Shown here piece after piece: positions 29,414-38,667 of a DNA stretch of 64,000 bases (the first letter of the stretch is position 1; the number at the start of each line of letters is the position of its first letter). This DNA comes from an uncultured bacterium (GTDB lineage Bacteria; Actinomycetota; Actinomycetes; S36-B12), in the NCBI GenBank assembly GCA_963793105.1, contig CAWBZB010000015.1, forward strand, positions 6,168 through 70,167. Direction: 5' to 3'. The notes under the pieces were generated by a model. That model searched no databases. It saw only the letters and a program-made list of their open reading frames with translations, and had not been told where the DNA came from. Position numbers and translations under genes: made by a program.

Positions 29414-31136
29414 CTAGGCGGGGTCGGATGCCCGTCGGCTCTGCTTGTCGGCGTACATCGCGGCATCCGCCCGAGACAGCGCGGTGGCGGCGTCGGCATA
29501 CGCCTCCAGCGTGGTCGCTCCGAGGGAGACCGAGAGCGGCACGATGTCGTCGCCCACGGCGACCGGACCGCTGAGCTCGCTGCGAAGCCTCGACACCACG
29601 ACGGGGGCCGGGTCGAGTGAGCGTGCCGGGACGGTCGTGACGACCACGAACTCGTCGCCGCCCACGCGGGCCACGATGTCCTCGCCACGCGTGGCCGCGC
29701 GCAGCCGACGCGCCACCTCGCGCAGGAGGTCGTCGCCGGCGGCGTGCCCGACGGAGTCGTTCACCACCTTGAGGTCGTCCACGTCGGCGAAGACCACGAC
29801 CACGTCGTCTTCTCCTGCGTCGCGCACGCCTCGCATCGCCGCGATCTGCCGTTCGAGCCCCTCGCGGTTGAGCAGGCCGGTGAGCGAGTCACGCGTGGCC
29901 TGGTCGGCCAGGATGCGCTCAAGGTGCTTGCGGTCCGTGAGGTCGGCGCATTGCAGGATCATGTACGTCACCGTGCCGTTGCTGTCCCGCACCGGTGCCA
30001 GGTTGAGGTCCACCCACGTGCTCACGGAGGTGGGCCCGCGGAACCGCACGTCACGGCGGAAGCCCTCTCGGCCGGCCGCCACCTCGGCCACCGCCTCGGC
30101 GACCTTCGTCTGGTCTGCGTCGTTGGCGAGGTCCGACGCGAACAGGCCCACCAGGGTCTCGGCCGGCCGTTGGGCCAGTCGGGCCAGGGCCTCGTTCGCC
30201 GTGATGATCCGACCGTCCAGCGCGACCACGGCGGTCGCCGCCGGGGTGTGCTCGAACGCGTCCCACACCCGCTGGCGCTGCGACGTGACTTCGCGCCGCG
30301 CGCGGCTCTGCGCACCCCCCATGAAGGAGATGACGACGATGAGCAGCACGACGGTGACGAACTGCGCGATCGCGGTTGCCGTGGCCGGGTCGTCCACGAG
30401 TCGGTCGACCGTCCATTCGACGGCTGCCGGGATGAAGGGCGCGACGACGAGCATCGGCATGATGCGGCGCAGCAGTCCGCGGTCGTAGCGCTGGTCGAGC
30501 GAGACGCAGCGGCGGCTGGTCGGTTCGGGCGGACATCACCGCGGCGACCATGAGCACGCCGATCACCGCCGCGGGGAGAGAGGTCCCCGTGGACCCGAGC
30601 CCGAGGAAGAGCTGTTCGGATCCGTAGACGTAGGACAGCACCACGAGCAGCGAGACCAGTCCCGCACCGGCGGCGAGCCAGAATCTGATGCGCGCGATCG
30701 TCGGGCCGCCGAAGCTGATCATGAGCGTCGCCGCGGCGGTGGCCGTGGCGGCGACCGAGGGCAGGTAGGTGATCCAGCCGCCGTCGGCAGCGGTGGCGGG
30801 GTCGGAGCTCGGGAGCAGGCCGGCACTCACGGAGACGTCGACGCCGGCCCCGAGCAGCAGGGTGACACCGGCCAGGACGCGGGCCGACCAGATGGCGACC
30901 GTCCCCCCACGGCGCATGAGGGCCATGGAGGCGACGAGGGCGGCGGCGCCGGCGTCGGTGTAGGGGTAGATCTCGGGCCAGCTGGCGTTGACCCGGGTGA
31001 TCCACACCCAGCCGAAGGCGAGCCCGAGCGCCTCGGCGGCCAGCAGTACGGCGAGGCCGATGAGCAGGTGGACGTGCAGCCTGCGGATGTCGTCGGTCAC
31101 GGCCCGACGGGGCACGGAGAGGGAGGGCGGTGGCAT
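29414..31136 (-). pseudogene. membrane sensor PAS-GGDEF diguanylate cyclase, one frame change near 30500-30530
   Basis: The multi-TM N-terminal domain is in ORF 30051..31136. The last TM segments, PAS domain and GGDEF domain (RVGGDEF) are in ORF 29414..30460. The two are colinear if one base is corrected. Confidence 0.8.
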
Positions 31137-31356
31137 GGCGGCCCCCTCGTCTCCCGTTGGTCATCTCCGCGTGTGGTCGTCCCCACATGGCCGAACGCGC
31201 GCGCCGGCGGGCGGCACGTGTAGGAGGCTAGCCGCCATTCGCCGCGTCGCAGGCGGCTCGAGGCGAGGCGTAGCCGAATCGGAGCCTCGGCACGCAGCGG
31301 GCGGGCCGGATCGGTAGACGATTGGTGGCCACCGGATCGTGGCAGTCGAGCAGCGG

Positions 31357-31427
31357 AGCGGGTGACCGGGATCGAACCGGCATGGCCAGCTTGGAAGGCT
31401 GGGGCTCTGCCATTGAGCTACACCCGC
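31357..31427 (-). tRNA. tRNA-Gly (anticodon UCC)
   Basis: The reverse complement folds as a cloverleaf: acceptor GCGGGTG/CACCCGC, anticodon loop CTTCCAA, T-loop TTCGATC. CCA is not encoded. Confidence 0.9.
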
Positions 31428-31432
31428 GAGGT

Positions 31433-31499
31433 GCGTTCGTGCTGGGTACTGCGTTCGTGCTGGGTACTGCTTTCGTGCTGGGTACTGCGTTCTGGGCAC
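31433..31499. repeat. 18-bp tandem repeat, about 3.7 copies (GCGTTCGTGCTGGGTACT)
   Basis: Three consecutive 18-mers with one mismatch, plus a partial fourth. The array begins 6 nt from the 5-prime end of tRNA-Gly. Confidence 0.9.
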
Positions 31500-31517
31500 A
31501 GGATAGCCAACCCGCGC

Positions 31518-31600
31518 TCCCTCCCTCGCCGAGTGGCCAGTTGTTGCTGCTCGGATGGCCTCCCGGGCAGCAACAACTGGCCACTCGCGGGGAGGGGCGG
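31518..31600. repeat. GC-rich palindromic intergenic repeat, copy C
   Basis: CCCTCCCTCGCCGAGTGGCCAGTTGTTGCTGC ... GCAGCAACAACTGGCCACTCGCGGGGAGGGG. The arms are near-perfect over about 30 nt. Confidence 0.85.
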
Positions 31601-31625
31601 GCGTACCGGGGGGTAGGTTCCCCCT

Positions 31626-32921
31626 GTGCCCCAACCGCCCGCCGACCGCTCGGCCTCCGAGCCGCTGCGCATCGCCTGGCTTGTCTACCGAGGCAACCCG
31701 CACTGCGGGGGCCAGGGCGTGTACACCCGCTACGTCGCACGCGAGGTCGCGGCCATGGGCCACCGCATCGAGGTGCTGTCCGGTCAGCCGTGGCCGGAGA
31801 TGGACGACCCGGATCAGCTGGTCAAGGTGCCGGGGCTGGACCTGTACCGCTCGCCGGACCCCTTCCGCGTCCCGCACGTCCGCGAGTTCCGCAGCACCGT
31901 CGACATGCGCGAGTTCGCGATCATGTGCTCGGCCGGGTTCCCCGAGCCCTGGGCGTTCAGCCAACGGGCCCGGCGCGTCCTGCAGGCCCGGCGCGGCGAC
32001 TTCGACCTCGTGCACGACAACCAGTGCCTCGGCACCGGCATTGTCGGCATGATGCGCGACGGCTGGCCGGTGTCGGCGACGATCCACCACCCCATCACGG
32101 TCGACCGCGAGCTCGATCTGGCGCATGCGTCGACCCTTCGGCGCAAGCTGGCGCTGCGGCGCTGGTACGGCTTCCTGGGGATGCAGATGGGAGTGGCCCG
32201 CAGGATCCCGCGGATCGTGACGGTGTCCGAGTCGAGCCGGCGCGACATCGCCTCCCAGATGGGCGTGTCCGCGGAGCGCATGACCGTCGTCCCGATCGGC
32301 GCCGACGAGACCATCTTCCGCCCGCTGCCGCACGTCGAGCGCGTTCCCGGGCGGCTGATGACCACCGCCAGTGCGGACGTCCCGATGAAGGGCATGGCCC
32401 ACCTGCTGGAGGCCCTGGCCAAGCTGCGGGTGGAGCGGCCCGACGCCCATCTCGTGGTGATCGGCCGGCTCAAGGAGGACAGCGGGGTGCCGGCCCTGCT
32501 CGACCAGCTCGGACTCGAAGGCGCCGTGCAGTTCGTGTCGGGGGTGACCGACGAGCGGATCGTCGAGCTGTACGCCGAGGCGCAGGTCGCGGTGGTCCCC
32601 TCGCTGTACGAGGGCTTCTCGCTGCCGGCGGTCGAGGCGATGGCGTGCGGGGTGCCGGTGGTCGCGACCACCGGCGGCGCACTCCCGGAGGTCGTCGGTC
32701 CGGACCGGGAGGCCGCGCGCAGTGTCGCTCCCGGGGATCCGTCGGCCCTCGCCGCCGCGATCCTGGAGCTGCTGGGCGACGCCGACGAACGGTCGCGCAT
32801 CGGTCGCGCCGGCCGGGAGCGGGTGCTGGCCCGGTTCACCTGGCGCGCGCACGCCGAGGGTCTGGTCGACATGTGGCGCTCCCTCCTCGCAGACCGGGCC
32901 GAGGCGCATGCTCACCGTTGA
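31626..32921 (+). CDS. glycosyltransferase family 4
   Basis: ORF 31626..32921. GT-B fold with the EX7E region EGFSLPAVEAMACGVPVV. Confidence 0.85.
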   Translation: MPQPPADRSASEPLRIAWLVYRGNPHCGGQGVYTRYVAREVAAMGHRIEVLSGQPWPEMDDPDQLVKVPGLDLYRSPDPFRVPHVREFRSTVDMREFAIMCSAGFPEPWAFSQRARRVLQARRGDFDLVHDNQCLGTGIVGMMRDGWPVSATIHHPITVDRELDLAHASTLRRKLALRRWYGFLGMQMGVARRIPRIVTVSESSRRDIASQMGVSAERMTVVPIGADETIFRPLPHVERVPGRLMTTASADVPMKGMAHLLEALAKLRVERPDAHLVVIGRLKEDSGVPALLDQLGLEGAVQFVSGVTDERIVELYAEAQVAVVPSLYEGFSLPAVEAMACGVPVVATTGGALPEVVGPDREAARSVAPGDPSALAAAILELLGDADERSRIGRAGRERVLARFTWRAHAEGLVDMWRSLLADRAEAHAHR

Positions 32922-33621
32922 CCTGGACCTGCTGGGCGTCGATCCGGGCAGCACCGTCCTCGACATGGGGTGCGGCGGCGGCCGGCATGCCTTCGCGGTG
33001 CTGCGTCGCGGCGTGGACGTCGTGGCGTTCGACGCCGACGAGACCGAGCTGAAGAACGTGCATGGCGTCATGACCGCGATGGCGGAGGCCGGCGAGGTGC
33101 CTCCGGGCGCCACCGGGACGCCGGTGCAGGGGGACGCGCTCGCGCTCCCGTTCGCCGACGGCGCCTTCGACCGGATCATCGCGGCCGAGGTGCTGGAGCA
33201 CATCCCCGACGACGTCACCGCGATCGGGGAACTGGCGCGGGTGCTGGCCCCGGGCGGGCGCATTGCCGTGACCGTGCCGGCCCGCTTCCCCGAGCGCATC
33301 AACTGGGCGCTTGACGACGAGTACCACGACTTCCCGGGAGGTCACATCCGCATCTACTCGCAGACCGTGCTCGAGGCGCGGCTCGCCGACGCCGGCCTGT
33401 GGGTGCGGGGCTCCCGGCGGGCGCACGCGCTGCACTCGCCCTACTGGTGGCTCAGGTGTGCCGGCGGCGTGAACGAGCCGGACCGCCTCCTCGCGCGGAA
33501 GTACCACGACGTGCTGGTGTGGCAGATCATGAAGAACCCCCCGGTGCTGCGGGCGATCGATCGCGCGCTGAACCCGGTCATCGGCAAGAGCCTCATCGTG
33601 TACGCGGAGAAGCCGTCGTGA
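32908..33621 (+). CDS. class I SAM-dependent methyltransferase
   Basis: ORF 32722..33621 from ATG 32908. VLDMGCGGG motif. Overlaps the GT4 stop by 14 nt. Confidence 0.8.
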   Translation: MLTVDLDLLGVDPGSTVLDMGCGGGRHAFAVLRRGVDVVAFDADETELKNVHGVMTAMAEAGEVPPGATGTPVQGDALALPFADGAFDRIIAAEVLEHIPDDVTAIGELARVLAPGGRIAVTVPARFPERINWALDDEYHDFPGGHIRIYSQTVLEARLADAGLWVRGSRRAHALHSPYWWLRCAGGVNEPDRLLARKYHDVLVWQIMKNPPVLRAIDRALNPVIGKSLIVYAEKPS

Positions 33622-34697
33622 GCCTGACGCGCGCCGAGCTCGAGCAGACGGTCTCGGCGATCGCCTCGGTGCAGGCGGCCGACGGCCACATCGCGTGGGT
33701 GCCGGCCGGCAAGGCCGACCCCTGGAACATGGTCGAGGCCGCCATGGCGCTGGACGTCGGTGGACGGCACGATGCGGCGTCCCGCGTGTACGCCTGGCTG
33801 TGGGACCGGCAGCTGCCGCACGGTGGCTGGTACTCGTACTACGTCGGCGACGAGGTGATGGACCGGACGCTCGACACAAACATCTCGGCGTACGTCGCCA
33901 CGGGCGTCTGGCACCACTTCCTCTGCACTGACGATGATGCGTTCCTCCGCGGGCTGTGGCCGATGGTGGACTCGGCGGTCGAGCACGTGCTGGAGTTCCA
34001 GACGCCGACGGGGGAGATTGCCTGGCGGGCGGATGACCCGGCCGACGGCGCCCTGCTCACCGGCTGCTCGAGCGTGCACCTCAGCCTGCTCTGCGCCGTC
34101 GCGATCGCCGAACGGCTCGGGCACTCGCGCCCCGACTGGGAGCTGTCGCTCGGCCTGCTGGCCAGCGCGATCGCCCACCGGCCCGATGCGTTCCTCGACA
34201 AGTCGCGCTGGGCGATGGACTGGTACTACCCGATCCTCGGCGGCGTCCTGCGCGGTGACGCCGCGCGCCGGCGCATCGACGCCGGCTGGGACACGTTCGT
34301 CGTGGCGGGCCTGGGAGTGCGTTGCGTCTCGGACCGGCCGTGGATCACGGCGGCGGAGACCTGTGAGCTGGTGATGGCGCTGGACGCGATCGGAGAGACG
34401 GACCGGGCGCGGGAACTGTTCGGCTGGGCGCAGTTCCTCCGGCACGACGACGGCTCGTACTGGTGCGGCATGAACTTCGAGGGCGAGCGGTTCGACCGCC
34501 CGGGCCAGTACTTCACGGCCGACCAGCCGACCTGGAACTCGGCGGCGGTCGTCCTCGCGGCGCATGCCCTCGACGGCGAGGGCCCGTCGGCCGGCCTCTT
34601 CCGCGGCGAGACCCTGCCGCCCATTCACCTCCCCACCTCCATGCACCTACCCACCTCGCCGAGTGGCCGGTTGTTGCGGTCCGATCGACCCATCTAG
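33618..34697 (+). CDS. prenyltransferase / terpene-cyclase-like alpha-alpha toroid repeat protein
   Basis: ORF 33399..34697 from GTG 33618 (GTGA overlap). Repeated aromatic/Gly motifs HGGWYSY and DDGSYWC. The last roughly 13 codons lie inside repeat copy D. Confidence 0.65.
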   Translation: MSLTRAELEQTVSAIASVQAADGHIAWVPAGKADPWNMVEAAMALDVGGRHDAASRVYAWLWDRQLPHGGWYSYYVGDEVMDRTLDTNISAYVATGVWHHFLCTDDDAFLRGLWPMVDSAVEHVLEFQTPTGEIAWRADDPADGALLTGCSSVHLSLLCAVAIAERLGHSRPDWELSLGLLASAIAHRPDAFLDKSRWAMDWYYPILGGVLRGDAARRRIDAGWDTFVVAGLGVRCVSDRPWITAAETCELVMALDAIGETDRARELFGWAQFLRHDDGSYWCGMNFEGERFDRPGQYFTADQPTWNSAAVVLAAHALDGEGPSAGLFRGETLPPIHLPTSMHLPTSPSGRLLRSDRPI

Positions 34698-34795
34698 CAG
34701 CAACGAGTGGCCACTCGCGGATGGGGGAGGGGAGGCGGAGGCGGACGGGCCACTCGCGGATGGGGGGAGGGGGAGGCGGACGCGCCACTCGTCAG
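34628..34795. repeat. GC-rich palindromic intergenic repeat, copy D, with the right arm tandemly reiterated
   Basis: CCCACCTCGCCGAGTGGCCGGTTGTTGC ... GCAGCAACGAGTGGCCACTCGCGGATGGGGGAGGGG. Two further partial right arms follow (GGGCCACTCGCGGATGGGGGGAGGGGG and GCGCCACTCG). Confidence 0.85.
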
Positions 34796-35409
34796 CGGCG
34801 CAGGATGCGCAGACTCCCGGTCGTCGCGTACGGAGTGAACCCGTCGGACACGGCCCGCTGCCACACCTCGTACGGCGCCTGCCCCCCGTCGGCCGGATCC
34901 TCGAACACGTCGTGGATGGCCAGCAGCCCCCCCGGCAGCACGTGCTGCGCCCACGCGTCGTAGTCGGCCATCGCGACGTCGAGGGCGTGCCCCCCGTCGA
35001 TGAAGAGCAGGCCCAGGCCGGTGCTCCAGTGCCGGGCGACGGTGGGGGAGTCGCCGACGACCGCGACCACGACGTGCTCCAGGCCGGCCCGCTCGATGGT
35101 GCGGCGCAGGAAGGGCAGGGTGTCCATGCGACCGGTCAGGGGGTCGACGACCTCCGGGTCGTGGTGCTCCCAGCCGGCCTGGTTCTCCTCCGACCCGCGG
35201 TGATGATCGACCGTGAACAGCACCGTTCCGTTGGCACGGGCAGCGGTGCCGAGGTAGACCGCGGACTTCCCGCAGTAGGAGCCGATCTCGACGAGGGGTC
35301 CCAGGCTGCCACCGTCGAGCCCCGCGTCATGCAGCGCGAGACCCTCGATCTCCGGCATGAAACCCTTGGTATCGCTGGCGACTGCCCGGGCTTCGCCGTC
35401 CATGGCCAC
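34792..35409 (-). CDS. class I SAM-dependent methyltransferase (O-methyltransferase-like)
   Basis: ORF 34792..35409. EIGSYCGKS and FIDGGH motifs. Confidence 0.75.
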   Translation of the reverse strand: MAMDGEARAVASDTKGFMPEIEGLALHDAGLDGGSLGPLVEIGSYCGKSAVYLGTAARANGTVLFTVDHHRGSEENQAGWEHHDPEVVDPLTGRMDTLPFLRRTIERAGLEHVVVAVVGDSPTVARHWSTGLGLLFIDGGHALDVAMADYDAWAQHVLPGGLLAIHDVFEDPADGGQAPYEVWQRAVSDGFTPYATTGSLRILRR

Positions 35410-35505
35410 CGGCGCTCCTCCCCTCGATGACGCCCGCCGCGCGGACCGCTCCCACCACTGTGAGAATGAGGCTAGACCGATCCGCTCCGACCTCGAAGGA
35501 CGACC

Positions 35506-36108
35506 ATGAAGAAGCTCGCCGCCGCCGCGGCCATCGCGGGACTGCTGCTCGCGGCCTGCAGTTCGACGTCGGATGCCACGGACACCGCTTCGCCCGCAGC
35601 GACTGCCGCGGCGCCGAGTGCCGTCGCCAGCGCGTCAGGCGATGCCGACCCGGAGTTGACGGCCTGGGCGGGCGAGGTGTGCGATGCCACGGCTGCCCTC
35701 CAGGAGTCGGTGACCGGTATGGCGTCGGCGGTTGCTGCCGGCGGCACGGACGTTGCGGCAAGCGCGTCGAACCAGATCGCCGTCGTCCGGGAGTCTGCGT
35801 CCAGCCTCGCCGCCACCGTTGCCGCGATCCCGGCCGACGGCAGTAGCCCGGAGGCCGACGCGCTTCGGGAATCGGCGCAGGCGACGCAGGAGTCGATCAC
35901 CGCGCTCGAGGACAGCGTCACCGAACTGACGCAGGCGTCGGGGCTGGAGGCACTCCCGGCACTGGGTGCGGTGGGCTCTGCGGCGTCGGAGGCGCTCGCG
36001 TCCATCGGTGGCACCGTCGACGACATCCAGACCACGCTTGCGAGCGGCCGTGGAGCGATCGCCGATGCCTTCGCCGCGAGCCCGTCGTGCGCGGCTCTGC
36101 AGCAGTAG
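35506..36108 (+). CDS. Ala/Ser-rich lipoprotein, function unknown
   Basis: ORF 35506..36108. Signal peptide with lipobox LLAAC. Confidence 0.6.
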   Translation: MKKLAAAAAIAGLLLAACSSTSDATDTASPAATAAAPSAVASASGDADPELTAWAGEVCDATAALQESVTGMASAVAAGGTDVAASASNQIAVVRESASSLAATVAAIPADGSSPEADALRESAQATQESITALEDSVTELTQASGLEALPALGAVGSAASEALASIGGTVDDIQTTLASGRGAIADAFAASPSCAALQQ

Positions 36109-36156
36109 CCGAGCCGATCAGAAGTCGGGTCGATCAGGAGCCCGGTCGATCAGGAG

Positions 36157-36636
36157 CTAGCTCGACTTGGCTGAACGCGACTTCTTCGTCTTGCGCAGGG
36201 AGGCGGCCTGGTCGTACATGGCCAGGAACTCGTCGAGGCTGACGGCCGAGACGGCGTCGGCCACGACGTCGAGGGGCAGGTCGTCGAGCCGACGGAACCG
36301 CACGCACGACTTGCCGATGTCCATGCGCTTGCCGGTGGCCCGGTAGGCCTCCTCGAACTCGGTGCGGAGCGACTCGCTGCCGTAGATCCCCATCAGGTAC
36401 AGGGCCATGTGGTTCTTCTGCGAGGCGAGCGCCGCGTAGAGCAGGGGCTGCTTGTTGTAGGTGTCGGGGTAGCGCTCGAGCGGCACCTGGTAGGCCACCA
36501 TCCCCCAGTTCATCGTCTCCTCCAGTCCGCTGGGGAGCTGGGCCAGAACCACGTCGCGAACGGCGGACATGGCCCGCTGACGGTCCTCGGGAAGAGACGC
36601 GAGGTAGTCCTCGACGGTGTCGGCGTCGCTGTGCAC
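36157..36636 (-). CDS. DUF1801 domain-containing protein
   Basis: ORF 36157..36636. YdhG-like layout (DTVEDYLASLPEDRQ ... KSCVRF). Confidence 0.7.
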   Translation of the reverse strand: MHSDADTVEDYLASLPEDRQRAMSAVRDVVLAQLPSGLEETMNWGMVAYQVPLERYPDTYNKQPLLYAALASQKNHMALYLMGIYGSESLRTEFEEAYRATGKRMDIGKSCVRFRRLDDLPLDVVADAVSAVSLDEFLAMYDQAASLRKTKKSRSAKSS

Positions 36637-36746
36637 GGGACCACGCTACGCCGGATCGCCCGCCGCGTGGACGCCCGCCGCCAGTTCAGGCTACCCTCAC
36701 TTAGGCAAGCCTTACCTGAAGTGGTGAGGCGGACAGAGGAGAGCGC

Positions 36747-37610
36747 GTGTTCAGCAACTACCTGATCGGCCTGCGCGAGGGCCTGGAGGCGGCGCTCATC
36801 GTCGCGATCCTCGTCGCCTACCTCGTGCGGACCAGCAACGGTCACGCGTTGTCGCGACTGTGGCTCGGAGTAGGCGCGGCCCTGGCGCTGTCCGTGCTGC
36901 TCGGCCTCGCCCTGGTGTTCGTCGACGAGTCGCTGTCCGAGCAGGCGGCGGAGGCCTTCGCCGGCGTCACGTCCGTCCTGGCCGTCGTCCTGATCACCTG
37001 GATGATCTTCTGGATGGCCTCGCACGCCCGCTACATCAAGGCGCACCTGCACGGCGAGGTCGACAAGGCCCTGGAGACCAGCACGATTGCGGTCGCGATG
37101 GTCGCCTTCCTCGCCGTCGTGCGTGAGGGCCTGGAGACCGCGCTCTTCCTCTACGCGGGCATCCGCTCCAGTGGCGAGACGGCCGCCCCGCTCGTCGGCG
37201 CCCTGCTGGGCCTGGCCACCGCGGTGCTGCTCGGCGTGCTGATGTACCGCGGCGCGGTGCGCCTGAACCTCACCGCGCTGTTCACCTGGACGGGTGCCGC
37301 TCTCGTCATCGTGGCCGGCGGCGTGCTGCGCTACGCGGTGCACGAGTTCCAGGAGCTCGGCTGGCTGCCCGGCGAGGACAATGTCGCCATCGACGTGTCG
37401 GGGACGTTCGCGCCCGACGGCGTGCCGGCGACCCTCGTCCGCGGCCTGGTCAACCTCACGCCGACGATGACCTGGCTCGAGGTGGTCGTGTGGGTCGCGT
37501 ATGTCGTGCCCACTCTCATCCTCTTCTTCTGGGTGATCAACCGCCGCAAGGCGCCGGACGCAGTGGCTCCCGCGCCGACCGAGGCAGTGGCGACGACGCC
37601 CGGCTCGTAG
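36747..37610 (+). CDS. efeU: FTR1-family high-affinity iron permease
   Basis: ORF 36747..37610 with a GTG start after AGAGGAGAG. Two REGLE motifs (LREGLEAAL, VREGLETAL) in TM helices. Confidence 0.85.
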   Translation: MFSNYLIGLREGLEAALIVAILVAYLVRTSNGHALSRLWLGVGAALALSVLLGLALVFVDESLSEQAAEAFAGVTSVLAVVLITWMIFWMASHARYIKAHLHGEVDKALETSTIAVAMVAFLAVVREGLETALFLYAGIRSSGETAAPLVGALLGLATAVLLGVLMYRGAVRLNLTALFTWTGAALVIVAGGVLRYAVHEFQELGWLPGEDNVAIDVSGTFAPDGVPATLVRGLVNLTPTMTWLEVVVWVAYVVPTLILFFWVINRRKAPDAVAPAPTEAVATTPGS

Positions 37611-37627
37611 GCACGTGGCGCAGGGCG

Positions 37628-38566
37628 CTACGACCAGTACACGTAGACCCGCGTCCCGATGTCGACCTTCTCGAACAGCCGGGTTGCCAGTTCCATGTCC
37701 CGGATGCCGACGCAGCCGTGCGACCCGTGGGCGTAGCCGTAGGTGGCGAAGTCGGGGGAGTAGTGCACGGCCTCGTCGCCGTTGAAGAACATCGCCCTGG
37801 GCATCCACGAACCGTAGAGCGACGAGGTGTGGTTGAAGCTCTTCTCCTTCACGGCGAAGACGCCCTCGTCGGTCTCCATGCCCGGCTGGCCGAAGCGGGC
37901 GTCGGTGATCATCTTCACCTTCCCCTTGACGACGTATCGCAGGGTCCGGCTGGTCTTGTCGATGCACAGGGATCGCTTGACCTCCGTGCAGCGAAGAGGG
38001 AGGACCCCGACGGGCTCGGCCTGCTTCTTCAGCATCCGCCACGTGCGCTTGTTCACCTTGCCCGTCGCCGGCAGCCAGTTCTTCGACTGGAACGCCTTGA
38101 CCGCGCCCTTGGTGGACCGACCGAAGGCGTCGAGTGCGACGTTGCTCGTGGACACGTCGAAGCCGATCCACGACAGCCGGTCCTGCAGCGTCGCGACCTT
38201 GGAGCCGTAGTGCCCCTTGCGCAGCGGCAGCTTCGCGCGCGGCATCCGGACCGAGGGCGTGGCTCCTTCACCGAGGGCGGTCCCGGCCATCACGACGTTG
38301 ACCGAGAGCAGCTCGTCCGGCCGGGCGCTCTGCTCGGGGTGGTCGTCGAACGGTGACGGCTCGTCGGTGAACGGCGAGCCTTCGGATGTGAACGGCGAGG
38401 GCTCCGTGCCGAACGGCGAGCCGCCGGATGCGAACGGTGACGGCGACGCGGAGGCCTCGACGGGCGCGGGAGCGGTGTCGTCCTCGGCCCATGCAGGAGC
38501 GGGCGCCATGAAGGAGCCGGCAAGGCACGTCGCCAAGACAAGCAACGTGGGGGAAGCACGATGCAC
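37628..38566 (-). CDS. L,D-transpeptidase family protein with a peptidoglycan-binding domain
   Basis: ORF 37628..38566. Signal peptide, a PG-binding repeat, and a YkuD catalytic domain with HGSHGCVG. Confidence 0.85.
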   Translation of the reverse strand: MHRASPTLLVLATCLAGSFMAPAPAWAEDDTAPAPVEASASPSPFASGGSPFGTEPSPFTSEGSPFTDEPSPFDDHPEQSARPDELLSVNVVMAGTALGEGATPSVRMPRAKLPLRKGHYGSKVATLQDRLSWIGFDVSTSNVALDAFGRSTKGAVKAFQSKNWLPATGKVNKRTWRMLKKQAEPVGVLPLRCTEVKRSLCIDKTSRTLRYVVKGKVKMITDARFGQPGMETDEGVFAVKEKSFNHTSSLYGSWMPRAMFFNGDEAVHYSPDFATYGYAHGSHGCVGIRDMELATRLFEKVDIGTRVYVYWS

Positions 38567-38667
38567 GCATTCACGGTACGGCCGTCACTGCGATCCGCCC
38601 CGTAGGTGCGCCGCGACACGCGGGCGTGGCATCGCCGCCTGCGGCAGGCGAGTGCGAGCGATCTCCG

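Noticed and set aside
31433-34795. CRISPR array.
   Set aside because: The tandem 18-mers have no spacers. The reiterated arms of repeat copy D are contiguous partial duplications. No cas genes are present.
36120-36160. Direct repeat GGTCGATCAGGAGC x2 (plus a GATCAGAAG variant) between convergent genes.
   Set aside because: Very short, single locus, no associated structure or gene. Noted only.
38330-38440. Periodic DNA repeat (GAACGGCGAGCC-like, about 21 nt) in the L,D-transpeptidase gene.
   Set aside because: It is explained by a coding low-complexity linker with five (E/G)xSPF units (SPFASGGSPFGTEPSPFTSEGSPFTDEPSPF). No separate function is inferred.
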